From IMG/VR virus record IMGVR_UViG_3300028666_000002: a stretch of 64,000 nucleotides of DNA; one strand, given 5' to 3'. Every line of letters starts with the position of its first letter. Position 1 is the first letter of the stretch. The notes beneath the pieces are model-generated. The model had not been told where the DNA came from. It was given only the letters and a program-made list of their open reading frames with translations, and did no database searches. The DNA comes from a virus. Position numbers and translations under genes: made by a program. Below are positions 57,948 through 64,000 of the stretch, one piece after another.

Positions 57948-60674
57948 ATGGGCTTTGGCGATTCCATAAATTTAGGCTTAGATCAAGCAGTACAAAACGT
58001 GAAAAGTGCTGCGGGCATCGTTTCGGCCACTGACAATAACGTGGGTGTACTTCCGTTGCCTTGGGAAGTTAGCACCATAAATAGTCAATTTTTTCAATCT
58101 ATTAAGATAGATCCTAGCAGATGGGACCAACTATTTCCTTACAGGTTAATAGTAATAGATTCTACAACAAATTCAGTAGTTTATGGTTCCAAAGGTTCAG
58201 GTGGACCATTAAGTAAGATTTCTAATTCTATAGTTAGCAATATAACGGTCACTCCAGGAACTGGCAGCGCTCTTCTGTCTTTTAACACCTCACAATCTCC
58301 TTGGATTTTTCAGTTGCCTATTACGCCGGAACAGCTAAGTATACAGGACCAATTTGCCATAAACACGAGTGCCACTCTCCGTGGTGTTATGGAAGAACAT
58401 AGTGGTGTACGTTTTAAAATGATTAACGCTCAGGGCACTATGGGTGGTTGGGCACAAAGGTCTAGTATAACTACAGGGCAAAACACACAAACAGCAGGAA
58501 TCGTACAGTCGTTATTTGGTGGCACTCTCACGGCTTTGGGCAGCGTTGTACAACAAGTCAATGGTGTAATAAATTCTGCGACTGGTAATAGCCCCAACAG
58601 TAAGCCTACTTCCCTTCGCCCCGAAACCTCTAAATTTGGCGTGACTAGTACGGGGTACTATCAAGCACTAAAATTGGAACAGTTCTTGGAACAATACGCA
58701 GAAGCCAAGAAAAATCCAGCGTGTGCTACTTGGCGATTAGTGTTTGATATACCTAAGCAAAACCAATCATTAGTGGTCACCCCAGTAGTTTTCGATTGGG
58801 TACAAAGTTCTAGCAAATCGATGCAAATACAATATCGATTTCAGTTAAAAGCATGGAGAAGGGTTGACCTAAATGAACAAGTAAAATCTGTTGCTCCTAG
58901 CAATCAACCTATTAGTCCTGGAATATTGCAACGTGTTTTATCTACAATTGCCCAAGCTAGACAGACTATGAGTTCGGTTGTAAATCTTATAAATGCTGTT
59001 TCGTCTGATGCTCAAAATGTGTTTAGCGTTTTGCAGCAAACATCTTTGTTCGTAAAAGACTTGGCGGGAGCAGCAGTTACAGCAGCAGATCTTCCAGTAC
59101 AGTTGGTATCAGATTTTAACAGTGCAATATCGACTTCTTTGGCCAATGTAGCGCAGTCGGTTGCCACGTTTAATTCCATATCGAATCTTTATTCTCAAAC
59201 ACCAACGGCTGCTACCTCTAATGCGAACAATCAATTAGGGTTCAACTCTACATCGGTAGCCAGCAGTGATACTCAAACCAGGGAGAACCTTACTGCTATT
59301 ACCGCCACGAGGGCTCAAAATGAAGGCCTTTCAATGGCTGCCGTATCTAGCGGTCAAATCGGAAGTGGTGCTGCTATAACACAGTCTTTAAGCACAGTAA
59401 ACAATATTTTCTCTAATCCAGATGCTAATTATGTATTGTTAGATCAGGCACCTCTTTCTAGTTTAACATTAACCAATGCGCAGCAAAATACCGTAAATCA
59501 ATTGATTCAAAATGCCAGAGAGACCACGGTTGCACAATTGAGAGAGTACAGGGCCACCATTTTACAATTAGCCCTACAACTTTCTAATAGTTTCGGGACT
59601 GGATCGGCATATTACGACGATCTTTTTGATTTACCACCACCGACCCCTAGACTTCAGCCCATTACGCTGGACGAGTATGACGTATTAAAAGCACTGTATG
59701 ACACTTTGACATGTTATGATATTCTCACGACTTCTACAGAGGTTGACGACAACAATATTCAGACCGCTATGCAATACGTTGCAGGTTTGGCCACCAATGT
59801 TGATATTCCATTTGACGTACCTTCTAGCAAAACACTAGCACCAGTTCCTTTTGGGCTAACTATAGAAGCAATTTCAGCACGTTATCTGGGCGATCCGAAT
59901 TTATGGATAGAAATAGCTACCTTGAATGGGTTAAAAGAACCATATATAGACGAATCAGGCTTCCAGGTACCCCTATTATCCAACGCTATCGGTAGGCAGG
60001 CGTTCGTAGGAAGCAATACAAACCTGTACATAGGCCAGACGGTCGTCTTTAACAGTACGACGCAGCCTATGTCACCCAGGACCATATTAAACATAGAACA
60101 GTTATCAGAGACTAGCTTCTTGCTAACGCTGGATGGGCTGGCCAATCTCGATAACTTCACTACATCTAACAATGCGTATTTACAAGTTTATTTGCCAGGA
60201 ACGGTCAATTCACAACAAAAGATCTATATACCGAGTGATTTGCCGGTTCCTAACCTATCTAATATTATCCCGCCAGCTATTACATCTGCAGACCCCTTAA
60301 CTGCCCTGTCTAAGGTGGACCTATTGTTGACTGATACCGGAGACTTAGCCGTCAATAATTATGGAGATTGGCGATTTTCGTGGGGAATCACGAACATAAT
60401 ACAAGCGTTACGCATCAAGTTTGGCACCATCGCAGGAACTATCATTACAGATCCAAACTTTGGTCTGGGAGTTAAGGTTGGAACTATTAGTTCTGAACTA
60501 CAGATACAGCAATTATATAATAATATCAATAATTTAGTTGCGCAAGACCCCCGGTTCCAGCAAGTTGTCAATCTTCAGATCACACTCAATGGACCTGTAT
60601 TAGGTATAAGTATGGGAATTACCATACCAAATCAAACTGGAATTTTTCCTGTAAGTTTCGCCCTAACAGGCTAA
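57948..60674 (+). CDS. Multidomain baseplate protein: tube-initiator-like N-terminus, LysM, gp25-like wedge domain
   Basis: 'FQLPITPEQLSI'; LysM 'TIEAISARYLGDPNLWIEIATLNGLKEPYI'; gp25-like 'DLLL...GDL.....GD....G..NIIQA.......G....P.FG...DPRF'. Confidence 0.75.
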   Translation: MGFGDSINLGLDQAVQNVKSAAGIVSATDNNVGVLPLPWEVSTINSQFFQSIKIDPSRWDQLFPYRLIVIDSTTNSVVYGSKGSGGPLSKISNSIVSNITVTPGTGSALLSFNTSQSPWIFQLPITPEQLSIQDQFAINTSATLRGVMEEHSGVRFKMINAQGTMGGWAQRSSITTGQNTQTAGIVQSLFGGTLTALGSVVQQVNGVINSATGNSPNSKPTSLRPETSKFGVTSTGYYQALKLEQFLEQYAEAKKNPACATWRLVFDIPKQNQSLVVTPVVFDWVQSSSKSMQIQYRFQLKAWRRVDLNEQVKSVAPSNQPISPGILQRVLSTIAQARQTMSSVVNLINAVSSDAQNVFSVLQQTSLFVKDLAGAAVTAADLPVQLVSDFNSAISTSLANVAQSVATFNSISNLYSQTPTAATSNANNQLGFNSTSVASSDTQTRENLTAITATRAQNEGLSMAAVSSGQIGSGAAITQSLSTVNNIFSNPDANYVLLDQAPLSSLTLTNAQQNTVNQLIQNARETTVAQLREYRATILQLALQLSNSFGTGSAYYDDLFDLPPPTPRLQPITLDEYDVLKALYDTLTCYDILTTSTEVDDNNIQTAMQYVAGLATNVDIPFDVPSSKTLAPVPFGLTIEAISARYLGDPNLWIEIATLNGLKEPYIDESGFQVPLLSNAIGRQAFVGSNTNLYIGQTVVFNSTTQPMSPRTILNIEQLSETSFLLTLDGLANLDNFTTSNNAYLQVYLPGTVNSQQKIYIPSDLPVPNLSNIIPPAITSADPLTALSKVDLLLTDTGDLAVNNYGDWRFSWGITNIIQALRIKFGTIAGTIITDPNFGLGVKVGTISSELQIQQLYNNINNLVAQDPRFQQVVNLQITLNGPVLGISMGITIPNQTGIFPVSFALTG

Positions 60675-60717
60675 ATATGATATATCTTGTAAGGACAATC
60701 TTTAATTTAGAGTAATT

Positions 60718-63700
60718 ATGGCTAATTTACCCTCAGTACAGTCTTATGAACAACTACTTTCAGATGGATTATCATCCTATGGGTCTGCCCTTGGCATAAA
60801 TGACTATAATCCCAATTCTGTAGTTGTATCTTTTTTCTCAGTGACTGCCTTAATGGTAGCTCGCGCTTCCGGTGACATCTTCCAGATTCTTAAGGATTAC
60901 AGCGTTGATCGCGCAACCGGAGATGCGCTGAAACGTTTGGCCCAAGAATACAATGTTCAGCCAGGAATCGCACAGCCAACAACTGGTAATGTAAATATCA
61001 TTGATGATAGTTTTACTAAAATTTTTACATATGTTTACGCAGGTACTTCAGCACCCAATGTTGGGTCTCTAACTATTAATGTTGGAGATGCCTCTCTCTT
61101 CCCTGCAAGCGGTAGCGTTTACATTGGTCGCGGAACTCCTGATGTTGAGGGTCCATTACCTTACGCTACAGCGCCTGTTCAGGTAGGTTCTTATTGGCAA
61201 ATAACGCTTACTAGTCCAACTGCCAAATTTCATAATATCGGAGAAACAGTCATCTTAGCGCAGGGTGGCAATAGAAATATTCCCATCAACACCACCGTCA
61301 TTTCCTTTGGCACTGGTTCTAATCCCAATATTCTCTACAATACCATAGCCGCAGCTGTCATATTGGACGGCGAAACGGAAGTCGATAATGTTGGCGTAAT
61401 GGCTCAATTGCCAGGCTCTGCTGGTAATGTTCCGGCTGGAGGTATTACCGAATTTTCCTCTGCCCCAGTAGGCCTCACAAATTCTACTGTTACCAATCCA
61501 TTGCCATTTACGACCGGTACCGATGCCGATACTGACGATCAATTAAGGACACGCATTAAAAATTTCCTAGCAGCTACCGGATTGGGAACTGCCACAGTTA
61601 TCAAATCGTCACTTTTAGGCGCTACACCTTCTGATCAAAATGCTACCATCATCAGCGATTCTTTGGTTCTCAATAACGATAGTACCGTAACCGTATACGT
61701 TGATAATGGCAATGGATATGAAGAAATTTCCAATGGGGTTGGTCTAGAATCTATCGTTGATAGTGCTTTGGGTGGAGAATATCTTTTTCAACTTCAGACT
61801 GGTGGAAGACAGGCTCCTGTGGCCAAACCATTTCTGCAATCTATTAATTCGGCTCCATTCGATTTGATTGGCGGCGATACGTTGGCGGTAGTTGTTGGAA
61901 ATACTACTTACCAGCATGTATTTCAAACTACAGATTTCGTTTCTCCTGGTAATGCAACAGCATTCGAAGTTACCGCTTCCATCAATGCAGATCCTTTGAT
62001 TGGTTTTGAAGCATTGACTTCTGACAACGCTACGTATGTTGATATTAGACCTAAAACAGAACTTTCTAACACTATTCACACTGCCATACCTACAACTACG
62101 GGTAGAGATGCCGCGCTATTGTTGGACTTTCCTGCAAGTACATCCGAGACGCTTAGGCTTTACAAAAACAATATTTTGTTGAGCGAGGGTGAGTTTGCAT
62201 CTATATTTAGTAATCCACAATCCCTTTGGTTAAACACAATCGCCAATGGCGATACGCTGATCGTTGAAGTAGATGGTACCGGTCCTGCAATTTACACATT
62301 CTATAATGCGGATTTTATAGCAACCGGTTTATACAATACCGTTTCTAGCCTTAACAGCCTAGCCTCATGGGCACAAGTTTTGACTAATAAGCTCGCTGGA
62401 ATTACGGCCACAGTTAGCGGTGCCGACATAGAACTCACAAGCAACTTAGGCGAAAGCAATACGGCAAAGGTAACATTGCTGCCTTCACTTACCGTACCTG
62501 TTGTAACTACAAGCGGCACCATTACTGTTGGGACAAATCAGATTACCGGCATCCCTTCTACGACAGGAATTGCTATTGGACAGACCATCACGGACTCTCA
62601 AGATGGGATACCGTTTGGAACGACCGTTATTGGTGTTACCGCGACTACAGTAACAATGTCAAACAATGCACTTATTACTGCCCCAACTATTCCACTTCCC
62701 ATTGAAACCATTATTTTTTCAAATGTTTTCACATCTTCTTTAATTACTAAGGGAATGTTTAATAGTTTAGATCTCTCTGCCACTGGCAAGGTTGCAGATT
62801 TTACTTTGGATAGAAATACGGCCCAGATAGAATTGGCCGTACCATTAGTTAAGGGCGATGTGCTTTCCGCAGGTAGTGCTCTAACGGAAGCTTTTATTGA
62901 TAGCACCGTATTTCCTATTAGTAGCAGTGTCGTTTTGACCGCCCCGGCCCACCTCTGGATATCCATAGATACTGCCGGAAAGATTATCCCAACCGGTGTT
63001 ACTTCGAATAGCTTATTGACAGTCACGGCACCTCTTACTAATATTATCAGGTATACTTCCAATACCGCAAATGCATTTTCCAATGTACAATTGGGCGATT
63101 ACGTTATTGTGTGGTCTGCAGAATTACCAGTAGCGGCCCAAATTGAAGGTAGAGTGCGAGCATTTACCGCTACCACATTAGATATTTTGATAACTCCCAC
63201 AGAATACACTGCCCTATTGGCAGCATTACCTTTAAACAATATCGTCTTTGTTAATGGATTTGTTGTTTTTAGAAGTGCATTGGCACCTCAGAAGTTTGAA
63301 ATTCCGACAGGAACATATACGTTGGATCAAGTTGTGGAAGCGCTTCAGCCACAAACAAAGAGTTTAGTTTTCTCAGTATATCAAGAAGAATACTTAGTAG
63401 TTACAACCAATACTCTAGCAAATAATGGCTCTTTGATTGTAGTCACTTCTGATACGCAAGGCAAATTGTTACAATTTACTAGCGGATCTACTAGTAATAG
63501 TCAAGATTCTCTTATAGCATTTCGCGATAGTCAAGGGTATACTGGCGAATTGCCGTTATTTATTCATTCTACGTTTGCCTCTGGAACTGTTGCTTATCCT
63601 CCGGATAGTTACATTACTGCAGTTGTATCATCAATTAGTTTAGCAGGACGAGATCCGAATGAACTTATCTGCATATTGCATCCATATGGTACCGGAAGTG

Positions 63701-64000
63701 AAGAAAGTTCTGGAACTGAAGAAATCAATGATGCCCAACCCTATGGTGAATGCGTACAGGAAAGCGCCATTATTGGCGGCACTACAATTGATATAGCCGA
63801 AGACCCATTTTTACGTAGGGTTCGTTCAATAGATCGTTTTTATATCGCTAATCCTTTGGATTTTGGGAATAATGACACGTTCACTGTCATATTGGATAAC
63901 AATGTAGCAAGTGAAAGTTTTCAGATCCCCCTTTATCGTATAGCGCTTGTCAATAATGGTATAGCCTCTAATCCGTATACTTTTAACGCTTACGATTATT
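60718..64000 (+). CDS. Baseplate J-like wedge protein, 3'-truncated by the window edge (absent from the ORF track)
   Basis: ATG 60718 MANLPSVQSYEQLL...'DRATGDALKRLA', 'GSAGNVPAG.I', 'VTNPLPFTTGTDADTDDQLRTRI'; no stop seen before the window end. Confidence 0.85.
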   Translation, partial: MANLPSVQSYEQLLSDGLSSYGSALGINDYNPNSVVVSFFSVTALMVARASGDIFQILKDYSVDRATGDALKRLAQEYNVQPGIAQPTTGNVNIIDDSFTKIFTYVYAGTSAPNVGSLTINVGDASLFPASGSVYIGRGTPDVEGPLPYATAPVQVGSYWQITLTSPTAKFHNIGETVILAQGGNRNIPINTTVISFGTGSNPNILYNTIAAAVILDGETEVDNVGVMAQLPGSAGNVPAGGITEFSSAPVGLTNSTVTNPLPFTTGTDADTDDQLRTRIKNFLAATGLGTATVIKSSLLGATPSDQNATIISDSLVLNNDSTVTVYVDNGNGYEEISNGVGLESIVDSALGGEYLFQLQTGGRQAPVAKPFLQSINSAPFDLIGGDTLAVVVGNTTYQHVFQTTDFVSPGNATAFEVTASINADPLIGFEALTSDNATYVDIRPKTELSNTIHTAIPTTTGRDAALLLDFPASTSETLRLYKNNILLSEGEFASIFSNPQSLWLNTIANGDTLIVEVDGTGPAIYTFYNADFIATGLYNTVSSLNSLASWAQVLTNKLAGITATVSGADIELTSNLGESNTAKVTLLPSLTVPVVTTSGTITVGTNQITGIPSTTGIAIGQTITDSQDGIPFGTTVIGVTATTVTMSNNALITAPTIPLPIETIIFSNVFTSSLITKGMFNSLDLSATGKVADFTLDRNTAQIELAVPLVKGDVLSAGSALTEAFIDSTVFPISSSVVLTAPAHLWISIDTAGKIIPTGVTSNSLLTVTAPLTNIIRYTSNTANAFSNVQLGDYVIVWSAELPVAAQIEGRVRAFTATTLDILITPTEYTALLAALPLNNIVFVNGFVVFRSALAPQKFEIPTGTYTLDQVVEALQPQTKSLVFSVYQEEYLVVTTNTLANNGSLIVVTSDTQGKLLQFTSGSTSNSQDSLIAFRDSQGYTGELPLFIHSTFASGTVAYPPDSYITAVVSSISLAGRDPNELICILHPYGTGSEESSGTEEINDAQPYGECVQESAIIGGTTIDIAEDPFLRRVRSIDRFYIANPLDFGNNDTFTVILDNNVASESFQIPLYRIALVNNGIASNPYTFNAYDY

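Noticed and set aside
59882-63083. Minus-strand ORFs in the baseplate region
   Set aside because: Antisense shadows of the long plus-strand baseplate genes
1-64000. Stop-codon reassignment
   Set aside because: Long conserved genes are intact in the standard code and TAA, TAG and TGA all end real genes; the in-frame TAA at 46361 is an isolated lesion
1-64000. Diversity-generating retroelement, integrase or transposon
   Set aside because: No reverse transcriptase, recombinase or transposase motifs seen, and no template/variable repeat pair with adenine-specific mismatches

Overview
A 64-kb segment of a large AT-rich tailed phage with a contractile (myovirus-type) tail, read in the standard genetic code. 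No integrase, CRISPR array or reverse transcriptase is visible. Layout: (i) 1-6.5 kb, virion/fibre genes, a permuted NlpC/P60 enzyme and a holin/spanin-like cassette; (ii) 6.5-30.6 kb, a mostly leftward block of small early or accessory genes (Thg1-like protein, collagen-PA14 lipoprotein with a partial beta-barrel protein, cREC receiver, PhaR-type DNA-binding domain, rIIA/rIIB, a type IV pilin-like protein, several paralog pairs, GP88-like and DUF932 genes); (iii) about 27.2-32 kb, a compositionally distinct, repeat-rich island at the strand switch with many sigma54 (-24/-12) boxes and IHF-like sites, probably the genome terminus or first-injected region; (iv) 32-52 kb, rightward nucleotide-metabolism and RNA-repair genes (class II RNR, ThyX, dUTPase, Pnkp, RNA ligase, RlaP-like nucleotidyltransferase, macrodomain, HAD), HNH genes, one tRNA-Asn and several tRNA-like structured RNAs; (v) 52-64 kb, tape measure and baseplate genes. 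The PhaR domain, prepilin and sigma54 use suggest a Gram-negative host such as Bdellovibrionota or Myxococcota (inference only). All family calls come from motif recognition by eye; no database search was run.
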